NCBI GenBank assembly: GCA_963763775.1
Contig: CAVXPZ010000001.1
Span: forward strand, 384,001 to 448,000
Direction of reading: 5' to 3'
DNA from: an uncultured Chloroflexia bacterium
GTDB taxonomy: Bacteria > Chloroflexota > Limnocylindria > Limnocylindrales > CSP1-4
Length of the DNA: 64,000 bases
Translations under genes and position numbers: made by a program
Part shown: piece after piece, positions 55,633 to 64,000 of the stretch
Numbering within the stretch: position 1 is the first letter of the stretch
How the letters are laid out: every line of letters begins with the position of its first letter
Notes under the pieces: generated by a model
What the model was told of the DNA's origin: nothing
Database searches by the model: none
Seen by the model: only the letters and a program-made list of their open reading frames with translations

Positions 55633-55683
55633 GCGGGGGTAGGGTAGCGCGGTCGGCCACGCACGATCCGGGGCCGGCCGGCT

Positions 55684-55712
55684 TTGAGCGTCCACCCATC
55701 CGGGTGTATACT
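55684..55712 (+). promoter_or_regulatory. Sigma70-type promoter for nusA operon
   Basis: TTGAGC-N17-TATACT. Confidence 0.65.
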
Positions 55713-55740
55713 TCCCGTCCAACTGAACGGCCGCTCCGTG

Positions 55741-55767
55741 ACGTGGGTGACCCCCACGTTTCTTTTT
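55741..55767 (+). terminator. rimP-leader-like attenuator/terminator in the nusA 5' UTR
   Basis: ACGTGGG-tgacc-CCCACGT followed by TTCTTTTT, a rare U-tract in this GC-rich DNA. Confidence 0.75.
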
Positions 55768-55811
55768 GAGCGTCGTGCCCTGAAACGAACAACAGCGAAC
55801 GGAGGCCACTC

Positions 55812-57245
55812 GTGAGTCGAGACTTCGTCGGTGCCCTCCTGCAGCTCAATGCCGAGAAGCAGATCTCCCGTGAGCAACTGATCGGCGCGGTCGAGGACGG
55901 GATCCAGTCCGCCTACCGCCGCGTCGCCGGCGACGAGGACATCCACGTCCGGATCGACGCCGAGACCGGGAAGATCCGGGTCTACCGCGCGCGCCGCGTG
56001 GTCACCGAGATCGAGGACGAGCTGACCGAGATGACCGTGGATCAGGCCAAGGCCATCGATCCCGGCGCGGAGGTCGGCGACCTCGTCGAGACCGAGCAGC
56101 TCGACGGCGACGTGTTCGGACGGATCGGCGCGCAGACCGCCAAGCAGATCGTGCTGCAGCGCATCCGCGAGGTCGAGCGCGACCAGGTCTACGACCAGTT
56201 CGCGAGCCGCGAGGGTGAGCTCCTCACCGGCACGGTCAACCGCGTCGAACCCCGCGGGCTGATCCTCGACGTCGGCAAGAACGTCGAGGCCGTGCTCCGG
56301 CCCTCCGAGCAGAGCGCCCTCGAGCACTACCGGATCGGCCAGAACGTCAAGGCCTTCGTCCTCGAGGTCCGCCGCGGCGCCCGCGGCCCGGAGATCCTCG
56401 TCAGCCGTACCCACAAGGGCTTCCTCAAGCGCTTGTTCGAGCTCGAGGTCCCGGAGATCCACAACGGCACGGTCGAGATCAAGGCGATCGCGCGTGAGGC
56501 CGGCAGCCGCTCCAAGGTGGCCGTCGCCTCGCGCCAGGACGGACTCGACCCGGTCGGCGCGACCGTCGGGCAGCGAGGCGCGCGCGTCCAGGCCGTGGTG
56601 GCCGAGCTCTCCGGCGAGAAGATCGACGTGATCCCCTGGAGCGACGACCCGGCGGTCTTCGTCGCGAACGCGCTCAGCCCGGCGCAGGTCATCTCCGTCG
56701 ACATCGACGAGGAGCACCGGATCGCCAGCGTGACCGTCCCGGAGCGGATGCTGTCGCTCGCGATCGGCCGAGAGGGCCAGAACGCGCGGCTCGCCGCCCG
56801 GCTCACGGGTTGGCGCATCGACATCCGCAGCGACGTCTCGGTCGCCGAGGCGAAGGCCACGGCCGTCGAGGATGAGGTCCAGGCCGCGTCCGAGCCGGTC
56901 GCCGCCGAGCCCGAAGCGCCCGCCGCCGCAGCCGACGCACCCGCCGAGCCCGAGACGGCCGCGCCCGCCAAACCGAAGCGCGTCACGAAGAAGGCCGCCG
57001 CCGCAGCGGCCGAGGCCGCCGCAGCGGCCGATGGCATGGCCGCCGCCGACCTCCCCGAGGCGGCAACGGTCGCCGAGGCTCCCGCCAAGGCCGCGAAACC
57101 GAAACGCGTCACCAAGAAGGCCGCGGCGCCCGAGGCGGACGCGGAACCCGTCGCCGAAGCCGCCGCCGTCCCCGCGGAAGCCGCCCCGGCCAAGCCGAAG
57201 CGGACGACGAAGAAGGCTGCCGCCACCGAGGAGGTGGCGTCGTAG
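55812..57245 (+). CDS. nusA: Transcription termination factor NusA with Ala/Lys/Glu/Pro tail
   Basis: FGRIGAQTAKQ, EVPEI, AREAGSRSK, AIGREGQNARLA. Confidence 0.97.
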   Translation: MSRDFVGALLQLNAEKQISREQLIGAVEDGIQSAYRRVAGDEDIHVRIDAETGKIRVYRARRVVTEIEDELTEMTVDQAKAIDPGAEVGDLVETEQLDGDVFGRIGAQTAKQIVLQRIREVERDQVYDQFASREGELLTGTVNRVEPRGLILDVGKNVEAVLRPSEQSALEHYRIGQNVKAFVLEVRRGARGPEILVSRTHKGFLKRLFELEVPEIHNGTVEIKAIAREAGSRSKVAVASRQDGLDPVGATVGQRGARVQAVVAELSGEKIDVIPWSDDPAVFVANALSPAQVISVDIDEEHRIASVTVPERMLSLAIGREGQNARLAARLTGWRIDIRSDVSVAEAKATAVEDEVQAASEPVAAEPEAPAAAADAPAEPETAAPAKPKRVTKKAAAAAAEAAAAADGMAAADLPEAATVAEAPAKAAKPKRVTKKAAAPEADAEPVAEAAAVPAEAAPAKPKRTTKKAAATEEVAS

Positions 57246-57589
57246 CCGCGCCGGCCCACCAGGCGGCCCCCCGGCGTGCGCCCGAGCGATCGTGCGTCGC
57301 CTGCCGGTCCGTGCGACCCAAGCGCGAGCTTCGTCGTGTCGTGCGACGTCCCGACGGGGAGATCGTCCTCGACCCGACCGGGCGACTGCCCGGGCGTGGG
57401 GCCTATCTCTGCGCTGACCGACCGGCCTGCCTGGAGCTGGCCATCGCCAAGGGTGCCCTCGGACGGGCGCTGAAGACGACGATCCCGACGGACCTGCGCG
57501 ACGCCCTCGCGTCGGTGGCCGTCACCAACGAAGACCAGACTGAACTGACTGACATGACGATCGAAGGAGGAGCCCGTGGCCAGGAGTAG
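57242..57589 (+). CDS. ylxR: YlxR (DUF448/RnpM) family protein; start uncertain, apparently GTA
   Basis: PERSCVACR lies in frame upstream of the track's GTG 57311; GRGAYLC. Confidence 0.85.
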   Translation, partial: VAAPAHQAAPRRAPERSCVACRSVRPKRELRRVVRRPDGEIVLDPTGRLPGRGAYLCADRPACLELAIAKGALGRALKTTIPTDLRDALASVAVTNEDQTELTDMTIEGGARGQE

Positions 57590-59483
57590 GAGCGGCACCC
57601 GCGGCCGTCGCGGGCCGCGCAAGCCGCCGCGTCGCGACGGCACATTCAACTCATCCCAGGTGCAGGTCGCCGACCCGCGTGAGCGTGGCGCGATCGAGCT
57701 GCCCGGCACGATCACCGTCAAGGAGCTGGCCGACCTGCTGTCGGTCAATCCGGCCGACGTGATCCGCGAGCTCATCAAGAGCGGGATCTTCGCGACGATC
57801 AACCAGCTCATCGACCGCGACACCGCGTCGCTGGTCGCGAGCGAGCTCGGCTACGAGGTCGCGGAGACCACGCTGACCACCGTCGGGGTCACCCCGGACG
57901 GCGACGACGACGGCAAGGTGGCCGAGGCGACCAAGGAGGTCCTCTTCGAGGAGGACGATCCGTCGCTGCTCGTGCCACGCGCCCCGATCGTCACGGTCAT
58001 GGGCCACGTCGACCACGGCAAGACCAGCCTCCTCGATGCGATCCGGACGACCGAGGTGGCGGCCGGCGAGCGCGGCGGCATCACGCAGCACATCGGGGCG
58101 AGCGAGGTCACCCACGACGGGAAGCGCGTCGTGTTCCTCGACACGCCGGGCCACGAAGCGTTCACGGCGATGCGGGCCCGCGGGGCACGCGTGACGGACA
58201 TCGCGGTCGTGGTGGTAGCCGCCGACGACGGCGTCATGCCCCAGACGCTCGAGGCGATCAGCCACGCCAAGGCGGCCAAGGTGCCGATCATCATCGCGCT
58301 GAACAAGATCGACAAGCCGGACGCGAACGCCGACCGGGTCAAGACCGAGTTGACCGAGGCCGGGATCGTGGTGGAGGAGTACGGCGGCGACGTGCCGCTG
58401 GTGCCGGTCTCCGCGAAGACCCGGCTCGGCCTCGACGAGTTGATCGAGATGATCCTCCTCGTCGCGGACCTCCAGGAGCTCAAGGCGAACCCGAAGCGTT
58501 CGGCGATCGGCACGATCGTGGAAGCGCAGCTCGACAAGGGCCGCGGTCCCGTCGCGACGGCACTCGTCCAGACCGGCACGCTGAAGGTCGGCGACATCAT
58601 CGTCGTCGGCGAGACGTTCGGGCGCGTCCGCGCGCTCGAGAACGACCTCGGCAAGCGCGTCACGAAGGCCGGTCCCTCGAGCGCCGTGGTGATCCTCGGC
58701 CTCGCGGACGTCCCCGAGGCGGGTGACATCCTGCGCGTCGTCGGCGACGAGAAGGAAGCCCGGACGCTGGTCGAGTCCCGCAAGGCCGAGCACGCCGCCC
58801 GCGCCGGGGAGGGGAGTGGCCGCGCCACCCTCGAGGACCTCTACCGCCAGATCCAGGCCGGACAGGCGAAGGAGCTGCGGGTCATCCTCAAGGCCGACGT
58901 GTCCGGCTCGCTCGGCGCCATCACGCACGCACTCGAGCAGCTGGACCAGGAAGAGATCCGGGTCAACGTCCTGCTCGAGGGCGCCGGCGACATCACCGAC
59001 AACGACATCATGCTCGCGGCGGCATCGAATGCCATCGTCGTGGGCTTCAACACGAAGATCACCGACACCGCGCGGCGGTCCGCCGAGGCCGAGGGCGTCG
59101 ACGTCCGCCTCTACGACATCATCTACAAGCTGACCGACGACATCGAGGCGGCCCTCAAGGGCCTGCTCGAGCCGGTGGTCGTGGAGGTCGTGGAGGGTCG
59201 CGCGGAGGTCCGCCAGATCTTCCGCGTCGGCAAGAGCACGGTCATCGCCGGTTGCTACGTCACCGACGGGCGGATCGTCCGCGGCGGCGCGCGCGTCTGG
59301 CGTGGCGGGAAGATCGTCGCGACCGACAAGATCGAGTCGCTCCGCCGCTTCCGTGACGACGTCCGTGAGGTCGCCACCAACTACGAGTGCGGCATCGGCC
59401 TGGCCGATTACCACGACCTCGTCGAGGGCGACATCATCGAGTGCTTCACCTCGCAGACCGTCAGCCGGGCCATTGCCGGCTGA
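57576..59483 (+). CDS. infB: Translation initiation factor IF-2 (short N-terminus)
   Basis: [38 protein letters not shown]. Confidence 0.97.
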   Translation: MARSRSGTRGRRGPRKPPRRDGTFNSSQVQVADPRERGAIELPGTITVKELADLLSVNPADVIRELIKSGIFATINQLIDRDTASLVASELGYEVAETTLTTVGVTPDGDDDGKVAEATKEVLFEEDDPSLLVPRAPIVTVMGHVDHGKTSLLDAIRTTEVAAGERGGITQHIGASEVTHDGKRVVFLDTPGHEAFTAMRARGARVTDIAVVVVAADDGVMPQTLEAISHAKAAKVPIIIALNKIDKPDANADRVKTELTEAGIVVEEYGGDVPLVPVSAKTRLGLDELIEMILLVADLQELKANPKRSAIGTIVEAQLDKGRGPVATALVQTGTLKVGDIIVVGETFGRVRALENDLGKRVTKAGPSSAVVILGLADVPEAGDILRVVGDEKEARTLVESRKAEHAARAGEGSGRATLEDLYRQIQAGQAKELRVILKADVSGSLGAITHALEQLDQEEIRVNVLLEGAGDITDNDIMLAAASNAIVVGFNTKITDTARRSAEAEGVDVRLYDIIYKLTDDIEAALKGLLEPVVVEVVEGRAEVRQIFRVGKSTVIAGCYVTDGRIVRGGARVWRGGKIVATDKIESLRRFRDDVREVATNYECGIGLADYHDLVEGDIIECFTSQTVSRAIAG

Positions 59484-59656
59484 CGGGTGGCCGCTCGAAT
59501 GACGCGCCATCCGGGCGTTGCCTCCTGCGCGGGTTCACTCACGCACCTTGGGGTGCGCTCGTTCGCGTGCTCGGCGGCGCCTTCGCCTGGCGCGACCTGC
59601 GAGCGGCAAGGCCGTTCGTTCGGCCCCCTCTGCGGGCGGCGAGGCGGTTCAGTCAC

Positions 59657-60178
59657 ATGAGTCAACGCACCGACCGGGTCGATGAGTTGCTGCGTCAGGA
59701 GATCACCGCGATCGTGGCGCGGGACGTGGCCGACCCGCGCATCGGGTTCGTCACGATCACGAGCGTCGAGACGACGCCGGACCTGCGGCACGCCAAGGTC
59801 TGGGTGAGCGTCATCGGCCAGCCGGCGGAACGCGACGCCACGGTGGCCGCGCTCGGCCGGGCCATGCCGTTCGTCCGGCACGAGCTTGGGACACGGCTCC
59901 GGCTGAAGCGGATCCCCGACCTGCACGTGCGGCTCGACGATACCGCCGAGCGTGGCACGCGCGTGCTCCAGTTGCTCAACGAGCTCGAGGACGGGGCCGT
60001 ACCCGACGGCGACGTGCCGGTCGTCGAGGCGCTGCCGACCCCAGTGGCGCGGCTGCCGCACGAGGGCGACCTCCCGGACGAGCCGACGCCGGCCGCCCCG
60101 CCGCCCACCCCAGGGCGGCGCCGACGACGGCCGTACCATCCCAAGCCGACGACACAACACCCGCCGAAGCGGCGATGA
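59657..60178 (+). CDS. rbfA: Ribosome-binding factor A
   Basis: RTDRVDE, DPRIGFVTIT.V.TTPDL..AKV, LKRIPDL. Confidence 0.95.
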   Translation: MSQRTDRVDELLRQEITAIVARDVADPRIGFVTITSVETTPDLRHAKVWVSVIGQPAERDATVAALGRAMPFVRHELGTRLRLKRIPDLHVRLDDTAERGTRVLQLLNELEDGAVPDGDVPVVEALPTPVARLPHEGDLPDEPTPAAPPPTPGRRRRRPYHPKPTTQHPPKRR

Positions 60179-61195
60179 CCGTCGACCTCGCCCCGTACCT
60201 CGATGCGGTGCCCCTCGTCGTCGTCGAGCGGCTGCGTGGCGCTCGGAACGTGCTGGCCGTGGGTCACGAGAACCCGGACGCGGACACGCTCGGAGCATCG
60301 CTCGCGGTCGCCCGCCTCGTGGCTGCGCACGGCGGTCGGGCCGATGTCGTGACCTCCGACTCGCCGCCGCCGCTGTACGACTTCCTGCCGGCGGTCGCCC
60401 GAGTCCGGACGGATCCCGATCCGGCCGCCGGGTACGACCTGATCGTCATCTCCGATTGTGGCTCGCTCGACCGCGTGGGCGCCGTGGGGAGCCGCCACGC
60501 GTCCCTGTTCGCCTCGGTGCCGACGGTCGTGATCGACCACCATGCCTCGAACGGCGGGACGGGCGAGGCGCCACTGGATCGACGCCCGCGCCGCGGCGAC
60601 GTGCGAGATGGTGACGCTCCTCGCCCTCAGCCTCGGCGTGCCACTCGATCTCGACGGCGGCGCGCTGGCGACCGAGCTGATGGCCGGGATCGTCATGGAC
60701 ACCGCGACCTTCGCCCACCCGAACGCGACGCCGCGAACGCTGGCGGTCTCGGCTGCGCTGGTCGAAGCCGGCGCCCCGCTCTCGGAGATCTCGAGACGCC
60801 TCTACCGGTCCAAGCCCGACGCGCAGCTCCGACTCTTCGGGCGGGTGCTGGACCGGCTCCAGACGGCGGCCGACGGCCGCATCGTGTATTCCACGCTGAC
60901 CGACGCCGACCTCGCGTCGACCGGGACCCTGCCGGCGCACTCCGAAGGGATCATCGACCTGCTCGCACAGGCCGAGACCGCCGAGGTCGCCATCCTGTTC
61001 AAGGAAGACGTGCGTGGGACCCGGTTGAGCGTCCGGACGAAGCCCGGCGGCGTCGACGCGACGGTCCTGACCGGGGCGTTCGGCGGCGGCGGCCACGCCC
61101 GTGCGTCGGGTGCGACGCTCTCGCTGCCTGTGGACGAGGCGACGGTGCCGGTCCTCGCCGAGGCGACGCGCCTCGTCGACGCCGTCCGCCGCTGA
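60175..61195 (+). CDS. nrnA: DHH/DHHA1 oligoribonuclease/pAp phosphatase (NrnA-like; probable frameshift near 60570)
   Basis: HENPDAD, VIDHH, GIVMDT, GGGGHARASG. Confidence 0.88.
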
Positions 61196-61197
61196 CG

Positions 61198-62151
61198 GTG
61201 GCGCGGTCCTCGCTCGGTCCGGGGCTTGACGGCATCCTCGTCGTCGCGAAGCCGGCCGGTCCGACCTCACACGACATCGTGGCGCTCGTGCGGCGACTGG
61301 CCGCCACCAAGCGCGTCGGGCACGGCGGGACCCTGGACCCGTTCGCCTCGGGCGTGCTGCCGATCTTCCTCGGACACGGCACGCGGGTCGTGGAGTACCA
61401 CCTCGGCGATCAGAAGGCCTACCGGGCGACCGTATGCTTCGGCGCCTCGTCGACCACGGACGATCTGGAAGGCGAGCTGACGCCGGCCGACGGCGCCGCG
61501 CCCGATCGAGCGACGGCCGAGGCCGCCCTGGCGGGCTTCCGCGGCGCGATCACGCAACGGCCACCCGCGTACAGCGCGATCAAGGTGGGCGGGCGGCGCG
61601 CCTACGCGATGGCCCGGGCGGGTGAGACGGTCGTCCTCGCCGAACGGCAGGTGACGATCGGATCGATCGAGGTCGCGTCCTGGGATGCCACGGACCCGGA
61701 CCGGCCGATCGCGGTCATCGATGTCGTGTGCTCCGCCGGGACGTACGTGCGGGCGATCGCCCGGGACCTCGGCGAACGAACCGGGAGTGCCGCCTACCTC
61801 GGGGCGCTGACCCGGACCGCGTCGGGCCCGTTCCGCATCGAGGACGCCGTCGACCTCGACGAGATCCGATCGGCCGCGGCCGACGGCCCCGCCGGGCTCC
61901 TCCCGTTCCTGCGCCCGATCGACGCCGGCCTCGAGGCCTTCCCCGATGTGCCCCTCACGGCCGAGGAGACCCAGGCGACGGCCCGCGGGCAGTTCATCGT
62001 CCCGGGGGCGGGCATCCCACCAGACGCCGAACGGTTCCGCCTCCGCGGACCGGACGGCGCCCTCGTGGCCATCGCGACCCGGCAGGGCAGCCGGCTGGCA
62101 CCCGACAAGGTCTTCGCGACGCCCGTCGTGCCGGTGGTGCCCGGCGCGTGA
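61198..62151 (+). CDS. truB: tRNA pseudouridine-55 synthase
   Basis: KPAGPTSHD, VGHGGTLDPFASG, QRPPAYSAIKVGG, CSAGTYVR. Confidence 0.96.
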   Translation: MARSSLGPGLDGILVVAKPAGPTSHDIVALVRRLAATKRVGHGGTLDPFASGVLPIFLGHGTRVVEYHLGDQKAYRATVCFGASSTTDDLEGELTPADGAAPDRATAEAALAGFRGAITQRPPAYSAIKVGGRRAYAMARAGETVVLAERQVTIGSIEVASWDATDPDRPIAVIDVVCSAGTYVRAIARDLGERTGSAAYLGALTRTASGPFRIEDAVDLDEIRSAAADGPAGLLPFLRPIDAGLEAFPDVPLTAEETQATARGQFIVPGAGIPPDAERFRLRGPDGALVAIATRQGSRLAPDKVFATPVVPVVPGA

Positions 62152-62907
62152 CGGATCGGATGCGCGTCGTGGGCGGCATCGATCGCCTGACCGCCGTCGA
62201 CGGACCGGCGTTCATCGTGGTCGGCGTCTTCGATGGCCTCCACCTCGGTCATCAGTACCTGCTGCGGCACCTCGTGGACGAAGCCGGCGGCGCGAGACGC
62301 CCGCCCGACCGTGGTCACGTTCGACCACCATCCGGACGAGGTCCTGACCGGGCACGCGCCGCCGCTGCTGATCGCGCCGGATGAGCGTCTCGAACGGCTC
62401 GCCGCGGCCGGTGTCGACGGGACCGTGGTCCAGCACTTCGACGCCGCCCTGCGCCAGACGCCGTACGACGCCTTCGTCGAGCGGATCCGCGCGCGGACGG
62501 CCGTCGCCGGGTTCCTGATGACGCCCGACGCGGCCTTCGGATTCGAGCGGCGCGGGACACCGGAGGCCCTCGCGAGTCTTGGCGAGAGGCACGGGTTCGA
62601 GGTCGTGGTGGTGCCACCGTTCGCCCTCGGCGGGCGCCCGGTGCGCAGCACGGACGTGCGCACCGCGATCACCTCGGGCGACCTCGCGCAGGCTCGGGCG
62701 CTGCTCGGCCGACCCGTGACCCTGCGCGGCTCCGTGGACGCGACAGGGCGATTGCGGTTCGAGCTGCCGATGGCATTGCCGCCCGACGGGACCTATCGGG
62801 CCTCGATCGCCGGCACCGTCACGGACATCGACATCCGCGACGGCGCGGTGCGGCTCGACGCCCCGCCGTCGAGCTCCCATGTCTCGCTCGAGTTGCTGGC
62901 GACCTAG
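62148..62907 (+). CDS. ribF: RibF-like FAD synthetase with degenerate riboflavin-kinase domain (probable frameshift near 62285)
   Basis: [24 protein letters not shown]...LLGRP; no GFPTAN motif follows. Confidence 0.82.
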
Positions 62908-62926
62908 GCTGGCCGACCGACGGATG

Positions 62927-63490
62927 CTATCGCCCGGGCTGCCAGAGCGGCTCCGGGACGCCGCGCTCGTGGTTCTCGTAGCGGGCCATCACGAAGAGCG
63001 CGTCCGACAGGCGATTGAGATACGGGAGGACCTGGTCCCCGATCGCCTCGTCGCGGCCCAGCCCGACGGCCTCTCGCTCGGCGCGCCGGCAGATGGTGCG
63101 GGCCACATGCAGGTGTGCGGCTCCCGGGGCGCCGCCGGGCAACAGGAAGTTGGTGAGCGGGCCGACCACGTCGTTGAACTCGTCGATGAGCCGCTCGAGC
63201 TTCTCGACGTGACGCAGCTCGACGGTCGGGATCCGGCTCCGCCGGGGATCGTCCGAGGGCCAGCACAGGTCCGAGCCGAGGTCGAAGAGCTCGTTCTGGA
63301 TGGTGCCGAGCTCCGTCGTCAGTCGATCGCACAGGCCGGTCGCGAGGGCGACCCCGATCTGCGAGTTCAGCTCGTCCACGGTGCCGTACGTGGCCACCCG
63401 TCGCGAGTCCTTGGCGACGCGCTGCCCACCGCCGAGCCCGGTCATCCCCTCGTCCCCGGTCTTCGTGTAGATGCGGTCCAGGCTCGGCAT
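62927..63490 (-). CDS. PduO-type cob(I)alamin adenosyltransferase
   Basis: [40 protein letters not shown]. Confidence 0.94.
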   Translation of the reverse strand: MPSLDRIYTKTGDEGMTGLGGGQRVAKDSRRVATYGTVDELNSQIGVALATGLCDRLTTELGTIQNELFDLGSDLCWPSDDPRRSRIPTVELRHVEKLERLIDEFNDVVGPLTNFLLPGGAPGAAHLHVARTICRRAEREAVGLGRDEAIGDQVLPYLNRLSDALFVMARYENHERGVPEPLWQPGR

Positions 63491-63549
63491 ACTGCCCTCC
63501 GTGCGGATACCGGGGTAGGGTACCGGAGCGCCGCTGCGCACCCGGCCGT

Positions 63550-63578
63550 TTGCCGCATCCGTGCGAGCCTGATACCAT
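63550..63578 (+). promoter_or_regulatory. Sigma70-type promoter for rpsO
   Basis: TTGCCG-N17-TACCAT with extended TG. Confidence 0.6.
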
Positions 63579-63631
63579 CCGCCGGTCATAGATGGAAGAC
63601 ATCACGTCACACGTCGTGTTCGGAGGAACGA

Positions 63632-63901
63632 GTGCCGCTCGCGCGGGAAGAGAAGCAGGAGATCATCACCGGGTTTGCCACCAAGGAAGGTGACACCGGT
63701 TCCCCGGAAGTCCAGATCGCGCTCCTCACCGAGCGGATCAAGGAGCTGACCGGGCATCTTCGAAGCTTTCCCAAGGACAATCATTCGCGTCGCGGCCTCC
63801 TCAAGCTCGTCGGCCAGCGCCGCCGCCTTCTCGCCTACCTGATGAAGAAGGACAGCGCGCGCTACCGGGTCGTCATCGGACGACTCGGACTTCGCCGCTA
63901 G
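63632..63901 (+). CDS. rpsO: 30S ribosomal protein S15
   Basis: [33 protein letters not shown]. Confidence 0.97.
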   Translation: MPLAREEKQEIITGFATKEGDTGSPEVQIALLTERIKELTGHLRSFPKDNHSRRGLLKLVGQRRRLLAYLMKKDSARYRVVIGRLGLRR

Positions 63902-63914
63902 CGACGCCGCTCCC

Positions 63915-63938
63915 GGACCCCGGGTATCCCCGGGGTCC
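63915..63938 (+). terminator. 10-bp hairpin after rpsO
   Basis: GGACCCCGGG-tatc-CCCGGGGTCC. Confidence 0.55.
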
Positions 63939-64000
63939 TCTCGCGTCCGACGCTCATCGGCCCAGTCGGCCGGCCTGCCCGCAGGTCGAACCTCCTCCAC

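Noticed and set aside
60175-62151. Apparent NrnA-TruB fusion (658 aa)
   Set aside because: Created by the frameshift near 60570; nrnA ends at 61195 and truB starts at GTG 61198.

Overview
Very GC-rich bacterial chromosome segment, almost entirely core housekeeping genes. Gene order and protein style suggest Chloroflexota, possibly Limnocylindria-like; this is inference only. Order: OafA-like acyltransferase, orphan REC-CpaE, rpsF-ssb-rpsR, TSUP/DUF1634/CaCA, ilvE, LCP, ileS-lspA-rluD-gmk-priA, def-fmt-rlmN-rpe-dtd, rpmB, asp23-fakA-recG-rsmD-coaD, yceD-rpmF-plsX-asp23-nusB-acpP-rnc-smc-ftsY, MFS, ffh, DUF3352-like, rpsP-khpA-rimM-trmD-rplS-rnhB-yraN, rpsB-tsf-pyrH-frr-uppS-cdsA-dxr-rseP-ispG, a Rieske ferredoxin-P450 pair, nusA-ylxR-infB-rbfA-nrnA-truB-ribF, pduO, rpsO. 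I found no tRNA, rRNA, CRISPR array or mobile element. About 14 genes, many essential, carry frameshifts; those I could resolve are single extra bases and look like sequencing errors. Best novelty candidates: (1) a GcoA/CYP255-like P450 with a GGLQEP I-helix, translationally coupled to a Rieske ferredoxin rather than a GcoB reductase; (2) a GVHH-type IleRS2; (3) apparent non-canonical starts (ATC, GTA, CTG); (4) a rimP-leader-like attenuator without rimP; (5) recurrent leaderless and bidirectional promoters; (6) RNase HII lacking the GRG motif; (7) Rpe with an extra C-terminal domain; (8) RibF with a degenerate kinase domain. All family calls come from motif recognition by eye; no searches were run.
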